From Planctomycetota bacterium (GTDB lineage Bacteria > Planctomycetota > PLA2 > JAEUHO01), in assembly GCA_965223505.1 (NCBI GenBank), contig CBDCWP010000031.1:90400-154399 (forward strand): a DNA stretch of 64,000 nt, read 5' to 3'. How positions within the stretch are numbered: position 1 is the first letter of the stretch; each line of letters begins with the position of its first letter. Positions 40,883 through 53,741 of this stretch are shown here, piece after piece. Below the pieces are notes generated by a model, which was not told where the DNA came from, searched no databases, and saw only the letters and a program-made list of their open reading frames with translations. Position numbers and translations under genes: made by a program.

Positions 40883-41548
40883 CTAGCCGGCGGGCGCTTC
40901 GCTCTGCGTGCGCGACGCCCAGTCGGCGAGGAAGGCGGCGAGCCCCTTGTCGGTCAGGTCGTGCGAGATCATCTTGTCCATGATCTTCGGCGGGATCGTC
41001 GAGATGTCGGCGCCGAGCAGCGCGGCCTGCCGGACGTGGTCCGCGTTGCGAATGCTGGCGACGAGCACCTCGGTCTTGAACTGCGGGTAGTTGCGGAACG
41101 TGCGCACGATGTCTTCGATGAGCGCCATGCCGCGCTCGCCGCGGTCGTCCAGACGGCCGATGAACGGGCTCACCATGGTGGCGCCGGCCTTCGCGGCGAG
41201 CAGTGCCTGATTGGCCGAGAAGCAGAGCGTGACGTTGACCTTGATACCCTTGTCCGCGAACACGCGCGTGGCCTTGAGGCCCTCGGGGATGAGCGGCACC
41301 TTGATGGTGACGTTGTCGTGAATGGCGGCCAGCGGCAGGCCCTGTTCGACCATGCCTTCGGCGTCCATCGCCGTGACCTCGGCGGAGATGGGACCGTCGA
41401 CGATGCCGCAGATCTCCTCGATGACCTCTTCGAAGACTCGGCCGGACTTGGCCACGAGACTCGGGTTCGTCGTGACGCCGTCGATCACGCCCCAGGCGGC
41501 GTACTTGCGGATGTCGTCGACCTCGGCGGTATCCAGGAAGATCTTCAT
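40883..41548 (-). CDS. tal: Transaldolase (small Tal/FSA family)
   Basis: IFLDTA, GVTTNPS, ISAEV, IKVP, NVTLCFS, SPFIGR; the Glu/Phe pair favours transaldolase over FSA. Confidence 0.9.
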   Translation of the reverse strand: MKIFLDTAEVDDIRKYAAWGVIDGVTTNPSLVAKSGRVFEEVIEEICGIVDGPISAEVTAMDAEGMVEQGLPLAAIHDNVTIKVPLIPEGLKATRVFADKGIKVNVTLCFSANQALLAAKAGATMVSPFIGRLDDRGERGMALIEDIVRTFRNYPQFKTEVLVASIRNADHVRQAALLGADISTIPPKIMDKMISHDLTDKGLAAFLADWASRTQSEAPAG

Positions 41549-41631
41549 GGAGGGAGCGTACTGGATGGGGAAGACGACGGAAAGACGTCGGAAGCGCGAG
41601 GCGAGCTCGCGCATCGCGCTCTCCGGGACGC

Positions 41632-42555
41632 CTACCCCCTCGGGTGGAACTTCCTGTGCACTTCCTTCAGCTTCTCTCGATCCACATGCGTGTACACCTG
41701 CGTCGTCTGCACGTTCGCATGCCCCAACAGCTCCTGGACGGCCCGCAGATCGGCGCCGCCCGACAACAGGTGCGTCGCGAACGAATGCCGCAGCGTGTGC
41801 GGCGAGAGCCGCATCTTCGTCCCCGCCTGTTTCGCTCGCTCCTGCACGATGCGATACACCCGGTGCCGGTCCAGCGGCCGCCCCGAGCGCGAGACGAACA
41901 GCACGTCGGCGTCCGCGCCGTGCAGCCGGGTTCGTCCGTCCTCGACGTACCGCACGACCGCCTCCGCGGCGTGCTCGCCGAGCGGCACCCAGCGCTCCTT
42001 GCGGCCCTTGCCCAGGCACCGCACGACCCGGTCGTCCAGCCGAACGTCGTCCACCGCCCAGTCGCACGCTTCCTGCACGCGCGCCCCGGTCGCGTACAGC
42101 ATCTCCAACAAGGCGCGGTCGCGTTGGTCGAGCGGCCGCTCGACGGGGATCGAGGACAGGAACGACACGACCGCCTCGCGGCCCAGCACCTTCGGCAGAC
42201 GGTCCCACGCGCGGCCCATCGGCAGGCCGGCCGTGGGATCCTCGTCGATGCGCCCCAGGGACAGCGCGAATCGCACGAACCCGCGGAACGCGGCGAGTCG
42301 CCGCGCGGTGGAAGACGCCGCGCGGTCGCTTCCGCGCTCGCCGCGCAACCAGCGCAGGAGCGCGTGCGGCGTGAGACGGGCCAATGCGCCGGCCGTCCGC
42401 ATCCGCTTGCCCGTCACGCCCGCCGACGCAAGCACGGCGCGCACGTCGCCCTCGTAGGCCGACATGGTGTGCGGTGACAGTCCCCGCTCCACGTGCAGAT
42501 GGTCGAGCCACGCCTGCAAGAGGCCTTCGGGGTCCCGGGGGGCGGACGCTTGCAC
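41632..42555 (-). CDS. xerD: Tyrosine recombinase XerD
   Basis: [49 protein letters not shown]...TTQVYTHV...HPRG; start approximate. Confidence 0.88.
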   Translation of the reverse strand: MQASAPRDPEGLLQAWLDHLHVERGLSPHTMSAYEGDVRAVLASAGVTGKRMRTAGALARLTPHALLRWLRGERGSDRAASSTARRLAAFRGFVRFALSLGRIDEDPTAGLPMGRAWDRLPKVLGREAVVSFLSSIPVERPLDQRDRALLEMLYATGARVQEACDWAVDDVRLDDRVVRCLGKGRKERWVPLGEHAAEAVVRYVEDGRTRLHGADADVLFVSRSGRPLDRHRVYRIVQERAKQAGTKMRLSPHTLRHSFATHLLSGGADLRAVQELLGHANVQTTQVYTHVDREKLKEVHRKFHPRG

Positions 42556-42668
42556 CGTTCCGTTCAACGGTACGAAAACGGCGCGGCTTGAGTCTCCGGT
42601 CGCATTGACCGCCCTTGGGGGCACGGGTATCCTCCCGCGCCCCGAAGATCCGGGACGTCGGAGTTCCC

Positions 42669-43106
42669 ATGGCCGTAGGCAAGTCCAAGCGCCGCTGGCC
42701 CCGCGGCGGCCCCACGAGAGCCGAACAAAAGAAGCTCCAGGGGGCGCTCGCCTCGATGCGGACCTCGATCCTCCGCAGCAACCAGGACCTTGCCGACGAG
42801 GCGCTCAAGAAGTCGGGCCAGGACCACTCGGTCGACCACATGGCCGACCACGGCTCCGACAACTTCGAGCAGGACTTCACCCTGGCCCTGCTCGAGGGCG
42901 AGGCCGAGATCCTCAAGGACATCGACGATGCGCTCGCGAAGCTGAACGGCGCGGGCGAGCTTCCGTTCGGGCTCTGCGAGGCGTGCGCGGAGGAGGACGA
43001 GTGGGATCCGGAGCGGGGGGCGCCCTGGATTCCCAACGGTCGGCTCGAGGTCGTGCCGTACGCTCGGCTCTGCGTCGCACACCAAGAAGCGGAAGAAGAG
43101 GATTGA
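42669..43106 (+). CDS. TraR/DksA family regulator
   Basis: [27 protein letters not shown]...[14 protein letters not shown]. Confidence 0.88.
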   Translation: MAVGKSKRRWPRGGPTRAEQKKLQGALASMRTSILRSNQDLADEALKKSGQDHSVDHMADHGSDNFEQDFTLALLEGEAEILKDIDDALAKLNGAGELPFGLCEACAEEDEWDPERGAPWIPNGRLEVVPYARLCVAHQEAEEED

Positions 43107-43738
43107 GCGAAGAACCGCAACCGAAGGATCTCTCGAGCTCCCGGCTGATGCCGCTCAAGATCACCTGCCTCGTCGTGCTGGTGCTGCTGCTGGCCGCTGA
43201 CCTGTGGTCGAAGGCCTACATGCAGGAAGCGCTCGGGATGACGACCGACAAGCCCGGGGGCGAAGTCGAGATCGACGTCATCGACGGCTTCGTGAAATGG
43301 CAGGGGGCGTGGAACCCGGGGGTCACGTTCGGCCTCGCCGGCAATCGCACGACCGAAATCCTGGCGCTCACGATCATTGCGACCATCGCGCTGTTCGCCT
43401 GGTTCCTCGGAACCCGGTCTCGCAGCACGCTGCTGCACGTCGGGTTGGCGATGATCCTCTCCGGCGCCCTGGGAAATCTCTGGGACCGGGTCAACTGGCA
43501 CAAGGTGCGCGATTTCATCCTCGTGTACTACGAGCCCTGGGACTTCACCTGGCCCAACTTCAACATCGCCGACTCGGCGATCGTCGTCGGCGTGATCTTC
43601 GTGATCTGGGATTCTCTCTTCGGTGTCGGCGCCAAGGAAGCGCACGCGAAGGCGGAGCTGCGCACCGCCGAGAAGAAGCGGCGCCAGGCCGAGAAACAGC
43701 GCGTGCGGGACAAAGAACGCGCCGAAGAGGGCGTATGA
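43103..43738 (+). CDS. lspA: Lipoprotein signal peptidase II
   Basis: [34 protein letters not shown]. Confidence 0.95.
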   Translation: MSEEPQPKDLSSSRLMPLKITCLVVLVLLLAADLWSKAYMQEALGMTTDKPGGEVEIDVIDGFVKWQGAWNPGVTFGLAGNRTTEILALTIIATIALFAWFLGTRSRSTLLHVGLAMILSGALGNLWDRVNWHKVRDFILVYYEPWDFTWPNFNIADSAIVVGVIFVIWDSLFGVGAKEAHAKAELRTAEKKRRQAEKQRVRDKERAEEGV

Positions 43739-44685
43739 GCGGCCCGGCGACCTCCGACCCGAAGACGGGCGCGGTCGACCTGTCGATCGAGATCGGCACC
43801 TTGAAGCTCGCCAACCCCGTCGGCACCGGATCCGGCACCTACGGCAAGGGGCTCGAGTTCCAGTCCTTCTACGACGTCTCGCGGTTGGGCTGCATCGTCG
43901 TGAAGACGATCACGAGCGAGATGCGGCCCGGGAACCCGCCGCCGCGGCTCGTCGAGTCGCCCGGGGGGCTGCTCAACTCGATCGGCTTGCCGAATCCGGG
44001 CGCCGACCGCTACATCGCGGAGGTGCTGCCGAAGCTGCGCACGCTCGGCGCGCCGTTGGTGATCAACATCGCCGGCCACAGCGTGGAGGACTTCGGAGCG
44101 CTTGCCGCCAAGTTCGCGGCCGAGGAAGGCATCGCGGCCTTCGAGCTGAACATGTCCTGCCCGAACGTCGCGAACGGACTCGACTTCTCGACGAAGCCGA
44201 CGGTCGCACGCCGGGTGCTCGAGACCGTACGCGACACGACGGACCTGCCGCTGATCGCGAAGCTGTCGCCGAACGTGACGGACATCCGGCCCATCGGCGA
44301 AGCGGTCGCGGAGGCGGGCGCCGACGCGATCAGCGCGATCAACACGTACGTCGGCATGGTGATCGACTGGCGCACGCGCAAGCCGGTGTTGGGGCGCGGC
44401 ATCGGAGGCTTGAGCGGACCGTGCATCAAGCCGCTGGCGCTGAAGATCGTGCGGGATCTCTACAAGACGGTCGACATTCCGATCATCGGCATCGGCGGCA
44501 TCGAGTCGGCGGACGACGCGATGGAGTACTTCCTCGCCGGCGCGACGGGCATCCAGGTGGGGACGGCCAACTTCTACCGTCCCGGCGCGGTGATCGACGT
44601 GATCGACGGGTTGCCGGAGCGCATCCGCGAGCTCGGGGCGACGTCGGTGAGGGAGATCGTGGGGACGCTGCAGGAGCCGGCGTAG
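43735..44685 (+). CDS. pyrD: Dihydroorotate dehydrogenase, family 1 catalytic subunit
   Basis: [45 protein letters not shown]. Confidence 0.95.
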   Translation: MSGPATSDPKTGAVDLSIEIGTLKLANPVGTGSGTYGKGLEFQSFYDVSRLGCIVVKTITSEMRPGNPPPRLVESPGGLLNSIGLPNPGADRYIAEVLPKLRTLGAPLVINIAGHSVEDFGALAAKFAAEEGIAAFELNMSCPNVANGLDFSTKPTVARRVLETVRDTTDLPLIAKLSPNVTDIRPIGEAVAEAGADAISAINTYVGMVIDWRTRKPVLGRGIGGLSGPCIKPLALKIVRDLYKTVDIPIIGIGGIESADDAMEYFLAGATGIQVGTANFYRPGAVIDVIDGLPERIRELGATSVREIVGTLQEPA

Positions 44686-44695
44686 TGGGGGATCC

Positions 44696-44723
44696 CGGGA
44701 CACGGGAAGCGGGAGACGGGACT
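44696..44723. repeat. Heptamer tandem array (CGGGANN)x4, left arm of an inverted pair
   Basis: cgggaca cgggaag cgggaga cgggact. Confidence 0.8.
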
Positions 44724-44731
44724 TCGATCCA

Positions 44732-45115
44732 TCAGCCGGTGGCTGAGGACCCGAAGCGTTCGATCAATCGATGGAGCATCATCGAGACGCGCGCAGCACG
44801 CTCCATCGCCACTGCGACGTCCTGGGCTCCATCCAGCGCGGCGGCGAGCCTCAGACAGGCAGCGGCCTCCTGGCACTCCGACAGCGCGATCGTGTATTTG
44901 TGCGCCTTGTCCTTCGCGGTTCGCCGGCTCGCGCCGTCAACGATGTTGAGCGTCGTGGAGACCGCCGCCCGGCAGCGTTGGTCGCCCAGATACGCTCTTC
45001 GCTTCCCCGATCCCTTCAAGACGCGGTCGACCTCGACGACGAGCTCTTCGGCGACGCGATGCACGTCCAGGCGTAGAAACGGAATTGCGGCTTCCAGAGC
45101 GGGGTCCGTCAACAC
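44732..45115 (-). CDS. Four-helix-bundle protein (23S rRNA IVS-protein-like family)
   Basis: F.RLDVH..A...DQ..RAAVS..LNI.DG..R......YTIALSE..E family pattern, somewhat degenerate. Confidence 0.75.
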   Translation of the reverse strand: MLTDPALEAAIPFLRLDVHRVAEELVVEVDRVLKGSGKRRAYLGDQRCRAAVSTTLNIVDGASRRTAKDKAHKYTIALSECQEAAACLRLAAALDGAQDVAVAMERAARVSMMLHRLIERFGSSATG

Positions 45116-45146
45116 TCATCGCGCGAGCCCATGGGGGCGTTTCGGA

Positions 45147-45188
45147 AGTCCCGTTTCCCGTCTCCCGTTTCCCGCATCCCGCCTCCCG
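45147..45188. repeat. Heptamer tandem array (NNTCCCG)x6, right arm of an inverted pair
   Basis: agtcccg tttcccg tctcccg tttcccg catcccg cctcccg. Confidence 0.8.
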
Positions 45189-45355
45189 GGAGGGTCGGCC
45201 GTCTTTCGGAGCCTTTCGGGAAACGGCCGGGGCCGTGCATCCTGATCCGGCCTCTTCGCACGCCTCCCACCCCAATCTGGCGCCACCCCTCCCCGGTGCT
45301 ACCCTCACCGAATTCCCGGCCCAACGCAGGCTCCGGCCAACGGAAGCGCCCCTCC

Positions 45356-47966
<2,611 letters not shown>

Positions 47967-47967
<1 letters not shown>

Positions 47968-49373
47968 TGACGCCGGCGTCATCCAACGGTTCGGATGTCG
48001 CCCGAAGCTCGCGCGCGACCGCCGTCCTCCGCTCGCTGCCGACCCGTCTGATGCAGTGGGGCATGGACGCGGTCTATGGCGGCCTGATCGTCGCGCTGCC
48101 GCTCTATGCGCTCACCCGCGTCGTCGTGGACGCGAAGACGCGCTCGCGCTGGGGCGCGTACGTGAAAGACATGCCGGCGCGCTTCGGCAAGCGCGCGGCG
48201 CGCGCGGGCCGGCGGCCCTGTATCTGGGTGCACGGCGTGTCGGTCGGCGAAGTGAAGGCGGCCGCGCGGCTCATCGAGGTGATCGAGGAGTCGGTCCCGG
48301 GCGTCGAGGTGATCATCTCGGTCACGACCGATACGGGCAACCGCGTCGCGCGCAAGCGCTATCCCCATCATCGTGTCGAGTTCTACCCGCCCGATCTCTC
48401 GTGGATCGTGGCCGACGCGCTCGACGCGCTGCGTCCCGATCTGATGATCCTCGTCGAGAGCGAGTTCTGGCCGAATTTCCTGATCGCCGCGCACGACCGC
48501 GACCTGCCCGTCGCGTTGGTCAACGGCCGCATGAGCCCGCGCTCGGCCAATCGGTTCCGCATGTTCAGTCCCATTGCGCGCCCGCTGCTGCAGTCGTTGG
48601 AGAGCGTCTGCGTGCAGCTGCCCGTCTACGCGGCGCGCTTCGCGGCGCTCGGGGTCGACGCCGACCGCATTCACGTGACCGGCAACATGAAGTTCGACAA
48701 CATCCCCATCAAGCAGGAGGGCGCGCGGCGGGAGCGCTTCGCGAAGCTCATGGGCGCCGGGGACGGCGTGCCGGTGATCGTCGCGGGAAGCACCCATCCG
48801 GGCGAAGAACGGGCCATCGCCGGCATCGCGCAGCGCTTCGCGCAGAGCGGCGTCGAAGCACGCTTCATCATCGCGCCGCGCCACCCGCCGCGCGCCGACG
48901 GCGTCGAGGCGGAGATCCGCCGCATGGGGCTCGACGTCGTGCGTCGCAAGAAGCTCGACGGACGCGAGCCGCCGCCGAAGGGCGCCATCGTGCTGCTCGA
49001 CACGGTAGGGGAGCTCGAGCTCGCGTACGGACTGGCCGACGCGGTGTTCGTGGGCGGCACGCTCGTTCGGCACGGCGGGCAGAACATGATGGAACCCGCC
49101 AGCCTGGGCCGCGCGGTCGTCGTCGGCCCGCACATCGAGAACTTTCGCGGCGAGGTCGACATGCTGCTCGACGCCGACGGGCTCGTCCTCGCGCAGGACG
49201 CCGAGGGGGTCGAGGCGATCCTGCGGGAGTGGATCGTCGATCCCGCGACCGCCGCAGCGTGCGGCGCCCGGGCGCAGAAGGTGATCGACGACAGCAAGGG
49301 CGCCACCGATCTGACGCTCGACGTCCTGCGTCCGCTGCTGGAGAAGGTCCGCGCCCGCTCAGCCGCCCGTTGA
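47967..49373 (+). CDS. waaA: 3-deoxy-D-manno-octulosonic acid (Kdo) transferase (alternative start ATG 48051)
   Basis: IWVHGVSVGE, ESEFWPN, GNMKFD, AGSTHPGEE, IAPRHP, DTVGEL, GGQNMMEPA. Confidence 0.93.
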
Positions 49374-52001
49374 GCGCACGACGATCTCGACCTCCTGCGT
49401 GCGCCCCTTGATCACGTGCGCCCGCCCGTACCCGCGCAGGTCGCCTGCGCGCGCACTGATCTCGACCTCGCCTTCGGGCAGGTTGCTTCGCAGCGCGACG
49501 CCGTCCCGCCCCGTGCGGTCCGGCGGCGACACGGGCAGCGCGCCGAGCTCGTTGCGAAACAGCAGCACGGCGCCGCGCTGACGGCGCCCGTCCTCGTCGA
49601 CGATCGTCACGCGCACCGAGCCGCCCTCGGGCAACGTCACGTCGATGGTCGTGTTCTTGCCCGCGTTCAGCGTCACGCGCTCCTCGATCGGCGCGCCCTT
49701 GCGTGCGGTGGCACGCAGGCGGTAGTCGCCCGGCTCCAACCCGGTGAAGCGGAACGTGCCGTCCGTGCGGCCGGTCGCGACGTGGCGCGATCCCCTGTCT
49801 TGCACGAGCACCAGTCGTGCGCCTTCGACGGGGGCGCCGTCGCCGGTCAGCACGCGTCCCGACACGGTCGCGCTCTTCACGAGCGCGATGCCGGTCGTGG
49901 CGCGGTCGCCCGGGCCGATGGAAAGCTCGCTGCTGCTGCCTTGCAGGTCGCCCGCCTGGACCCGGACCCGCCACACCCCCTCGGCGACGTCGTCGATCTC
50001 GACCCCGCCCTGGATCACGCGCAGCGAGCGCGGTGTCGCCGCCGACGACGATCCGACCCGCTCCAGCATCACGCGCGCCGACCCACCGCGGTACGGTTCA
50101 CCGTCCATCGTGAGCGACACGTCGATGCGTCCGGCGAACGCGAGCGCGACGTCTTCGAAGCGGTGCTTCGTCAGCTCGAACGACACCGTCCCGTTCGTGT
50201 AGCCGGGCAGGCTCGCAACGAGGCGGTACGACCCGGGCGCGAGGTCTTCGACGAGATACGCGCCGCGCGCGTCGGTCGTGACCGAGATCGAGCGCACGCG
50301 CGCGCCGCTCTGCAGGACTCTCACCGTCGCCCCGGCGACGGGTTCACCGTGCGGGTCCGTTACGACGCCTTCGACGCGCAGACCCGTGCCGAGCTCGACG
50401 ACGCCCAGGTCCACGTTCGAACCGTTCACATCGAAGCGAAGGTCCGGCCGCCGGTCCTGTCCGCGCACGCGAACGACGATCTCGAACGGTCCGTCGGGCA
50501 CGTTGCGAAGCGCGAACGCGCCTTGTTCGTTCGTGCCCGTCGAGAGTCCGACGAAGCCGCGCTCGTTGGCGGCGTAGAGCTTCGAGGCGGCGGGCGTCGG
50601 CGCGTGGCGCGACGAGACGCGGTCCCATGCCGGTACGGCGCGCACCACGGCACCCGCGACCGCGTCGCCCTCGGCGTCCACGACACGGCCCGTGACGACG
50701 AACCCACGCGAGAGCTGCAGCACGAGCGGCTGCGGCTGCGGCTGGTGCGGGCGAAGCGCGAGCGCGGCGCTGCCTTGTTCGCTCTCGGCCATGAGGATCA
50801 CGCGTCGGCCCGGCGCGGGCGGCGGCGGCGGTGCGATGCGGAACTGGCCCGCCGCGTCGGTCTCGGTGCGCTCGGCCGCGCGGCCCGCGATCCCGTCGGC
50901 GCCGTAGAACACCCGCGCGCCTTCGACGGGACGGCCGTTCGACGCGACGACCTGGCCGGTCCAATCGACGGAGGGCCGCAACGCGACTTGCACGGTCTGG
51001 TGTTCGTCGTCGGCGTCGTCGAGCACGACCGGCGCGAGGGCGGGCGCGTACCCCGCGGCGCGCACCGCCACGAAGACGCGCTGTCCGACGCCGCCGGCGT
51101 GAATGGGATCGAACCAGCCCTTCGCGTTCGTCACGCCGGCGTCGCTGCTCTCGCCCGGACGCGCGACGTGCACCTCGGCGTTCGCGATCGGCGCATCGGT
51201 CTCCGCGTCGACGACGATGCCCGCCAGTGCGCGGCCCCGCGGGATCTCGACGGCGACGATGGTCTCGGCCTTCGTCGTCAGCGCGACCGGACCCGCGCGC
51301 ACGATGCCGCGGGAGGTCGCCCCCGCGCGAATCGACGCGGCGCGGGCGGGAGGGGTGAACACGGCGGCGCCGTCCCGGCGCAGGGTATCGACGCGGACGC
51401 GTGTCTGACCGACCTGCGCTTCGACCCATGCGGCGTTCACAGGACGCATCCCTTCGCCCGCCACGTAGACGACGAGCGTCGCGGCGCGCGGCAGCACGAT
51501 GCGCACGAACGCGCCCGTGGATGCGACGCGCTCGGAGACCGTGGCGCGGCCGTCGGCCGACGCCGTCACGCGCAGCCACCCCTCGAACGGCGCTTCCATC
51601 TCGAAGTCCCCGTTGCGGTCGGTCGTCGTACCGTTCAGCGCGGGACCGTCCGGGAACGGCGCGCCGCGCAGGCTCTGCGCGTCGATCCGGCGCACCGTCA
51701 CGCGCGCGCCGCCGACAGGGCGGCCGTCTTCGTCGAGGACCTCGCCGCGCAGCTTCGGCTCGACCACGGGGAGCGTGCCCGGGTCGAGGGGCGACCTACC
51801 GGAGACGGCGCCCGCGTCGTTCGCGGGCTCGCCGTCGTCCGTGAGAAGTCGCGGGTCCGGGTCCGGCGTCACCGCGCCAACCATTGACGCGGTGTCCGGC
51901 ACGCCGGGCTCCTCCCGGGACCCGCGGAGCAGGAAGAACAGCAACAGACCGCCCACCACCAGTCCCGCGATCAACGCCAGCAGGGAACGGGGGCTCAACA
52001 T
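49359..52001 (-). CDS. Membrane-anchored protein with multiple carboxypeptidase-regulatory-like repeats (no sigma domain)
   Basis: N-terminal TM; repeated G.V.D..G.PV.GA.V...TD..G.F. Confidence 0.85.
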   Translation of the reverse strand: MLSPRSLLALIAGLVVGGLLLFFLLRGSREEPGVPDTASMVGAVTPDPDPRLLTDDGEPANDAGAVSGRSPLDPGTLPVVEPKLRGEVLDEDGRPVGGARVTVRRIDAQSLRGAPFPDGPALNGTTTDRNGDFEMEAPFEGWLRVTASADGRATVSERVASTGAFVRIVLPRAATLVVYVAGEGMRPVNAAWVEAQVGQTRVRVDTLRRDGAAVFTPPARAASIRAGATSRGIVRAGPVALTTKAETIVAVEIPRGRALAGIVVDAETDAPIANAEVHVARPGESSDAGVTNAKGWFDPIHAGGVGQRVFVAVRAAGYAPALAPVVLDDADDEHQTVQVALRPSVDWTGQVVASNGRPVEGARVFYGADGIAGRAAERTETDAAGQFRIAPPPPPAPGRRVILMAESEQGSAALALRPHQPQPQPLVLQLSRGFVVTGRVVDAEGDAVAGAVVRAVPAWDRVSSRHAPTPAASKLYAANERGFVGLSTGTNEQGAFALRNVPDGPFEIVVRVRGQDRRPDLRFDVNGSNVDLGVVELGTGLRVEGVVTDPHGEPVAGATVRVLQSGARVRSISVTTDARGAYLVEDLAPGSYRLVASLPGYTNGTVSFELTKHRFEDVALAFAGRIDVSLTMDGEPYRGGSARVMLERVGSSSAATPRSLRVIQGGVEIDDVAEGVWRVRVQAGDLQGSSSELSIGPGDRATTGIALVKSATVSGRVLTGDGAPVEGARLVLVQDRGSRHVATGRTDGTFRFTGLEPGDYRLRATARKGAPIEERVTLNAGKNTTIDVTLPEGGSVRVTIVDEDGRRQRGAVLLFRNELGALPVSPPDRTGRDGVALRSNLPEGEVEISARAGDLRGYGRAHVIKGRTQEVEIVVRSTGG

Positions 52002-52130
52002 CGAGGATCGATCCTCCGGGGCGACGGTACGTGCTGTCCATGGGTGCCCCCGTCAGGGGGCGGAAACGGGGTGAGGCAACCGTGACAAACCGTGTCCGAG
52101 ACCTGGATTGCAGCGCGGCAGCCATCGAAA

Positions 52131-52490
52131 TCAGAACACCTCGAACGTGGTGATGGTGTCACCCTCGATGAAGGTGTCGGGGAACCAGACCGAGGTCTCC
52201 GGGAACGTGTCGAGGAAGGCCTCGCCGTCGTAGTAGTCCTCGAGGAACGTGCCGACGTACTGGACCTCGCCCGGGAACACGTCCTCGTAGAGCAGGTCGC
52301 CGCCCGGAGGCGCGCCGGCGGGGACGAGATCGAAGTAGTAGATGACGTCGAAGGCGGTCAGGTTCGCGACCTCGACGTCGCCCTCGTAGTAGTAGTCGCC
52401 GCCATAGCCGCCGCCGCAGCCGGCCGCGACGATCAGCGCGGCGCCCAGGCACAGCGTGGTGGCGAACGCTCTTGCGCGGTTCCGAAACAT
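52131..52490 (-). CDS. Small acidic lipoprotein, paralogue 3 of a tandem trio
   Basis: GGAGAG RBS; lipobox AAGC; G.V.V.N.T...GDLL...PG...G.F..DYYD. Confidence 0.75.
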   Translation of the reverse strand: MFRNRARAFATTLCLGAALIVAAGCGGGYGGDYYYEGDVEVANLTAFDVIYYFDLVPAGAPPGGDLLYEDVFPGEVQYVGTFLEDYYDGEAFLDTFPETSVWFPDTFIEGDTITTFEVF

Positions 52491-52672
52491 GGCAACTCTC
52501 CGTTGCGTGACTGACTTCCGCGGGCTGGTTTCGCAAAGCCAGGGCCAAAATGGAGAAATCCCGTAAGCGCCCGAGCAACAGCCGTTTGCAACCGGCGTGC
52601 GGGTCCGCACGGCGCCGACTGTCCTGTCTTGGGGACGCCGGATGTGCCCAGACGGGGGTGGGCGGCGGCGCG

Positions 52673-53035
52673 CTAGGGCGGGACGACGAAGGTCGTGGGC
52701 AGGCCGTTGAACACGTCCTGCTTGAAATTGAGGTTCACCGCGTCGTCCAGCACGGCCGTCGCGTCGTAGGTCCCCGTGGCGAACGGTCCCAGGATCACGA
52801 CCGCGCCGGGGAGCAACGGCTCGTTGAGCAGCTCACCCGTCGGCGCCCCGCCTTCGGGCTGCATGATGAAGCTGGTGACCGTCTTCGGCGCCATGCCCTG
52901 ATCGGTCTGGTTGAACAGACTGACGATGCCCGTCTCGGGTTGGTCGTTGCCGGGGCCGCCGCCGCAGCCGGACAGTGTGCAGACGGCGACCGCGACGACG
53001 CAGGCCATCCAGCTGGAGCGGTCGCGCAGGCGCAT
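52673..53035 (-). CDS. Small lipoprotein, paralogue 2
   Basis: Lipobox LSGC; GIVSLFNQT...GELL...PG...GPF...YD. Confidence 0.75.
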   Translation of the reverse strand: MRLRDRSSWMACVVAVAVCTLSGCGGGPGNDQPETGIVSLFNQTDQGMAPKTVTSFIMQPEGGAPTGELLNEPLLPGAVVILGPFATGTYDATAVLDDAVNLNFKQDVFNGLPTTFVVPP

Positions 53036-53134
53036 TGCGTACCGTCTTCCCGGAGCGGACGCTCCATCCCCGACCTTCCGTCAACCCGGCCCAGAGCCTA
53101 CACGCAACTGCACGGGTTCGCCGCGCTCGAGCGC

Positions 53135-53506
53135 CTACAGAACGACGAAGAAGGTCGTATCGCCGTGTCCGACGAACTCGTCGAACCACTCGATGATCTG
53201 GCCGAGCTCGAGGTCGCCTTCGGCGTCGTAGTAGTCCGGTCCGAACTCGCCGATGAAGCGCGCACCGCCCGGGTCGATCGGCATGCCGTTCAGCAGGTCG
53301 CCCGTGAACGGCAGCTGGAACGGCGCCACCCGGAACGTCAGCAGCATCTCGTTGGTCGTCGTCTGCGTCTGGTTGTCCACGACGACGAGACCGTTGTCAT
53401 GGTGATGGTCGTGGCCGCAGGCCGTCAGCGTCGCGGCGGCGAGCGCCAGGCCAAGGACGGCGGCGAAGGCGCTGCGCGTTGCGTGTCGAGCGGGTCCGAC
53501 GTTCAT
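53135..53506 (-). CDS. Small lipoprotein, paralogue 1 (His-rich after the lipidated Cys)
   Basis: Lipobox LTAC followed by GHDHHHD; GLVVVDNQT...GDLL...PG...GEF..DYYD. Confidence 0.75.
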   Translation of the reverse strand: MNVGPARHATRSAFAAVLGLALAAATLTACGHDHHHDNGLVVVDNQTQTTTNEMLLTFRVAPFQLPFTGDLLNGMPIDPGGARFIGEFGPDYYDAEGDLELGQIIEWFDEFVGHGDTTFFVVL

Positions 53507-53741
53507 GATCTCTCCCTGAGGTGGCGCCCGCCGGAAGGCGCGCGCCGATTATCCCCGGAATGGCGGCGGCTGCAGCCCGGATTTCACAGTCGACAGGAAA
53601 CGACGCCGGGAACGGTGCATGTCAGACTTGATCGTCCGCGACTGCGCGGTGTCGGGCGGCCTCCGTACGATCCGGCTCCGCGACACCGGCCTACGGGGTC
53701 GGTCGTGCGACGCCGCCCAACTGACGTAGCAGGAGAGTTCC

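Noticed and set aside
41632..42555. Prophage or island integrase
   Set aside because: The sequence is typical chromosomal XerD among housekeeping genes, with no phage genes or att repeats.
53507..53741. SAM riboswitch upstream of metK
   Set aside because: TTATC and GGTGC fragments occur, but the SAM-I core (AGAG...GAGGGA...GCAACC) is absent; a covariance-model search would be needed.
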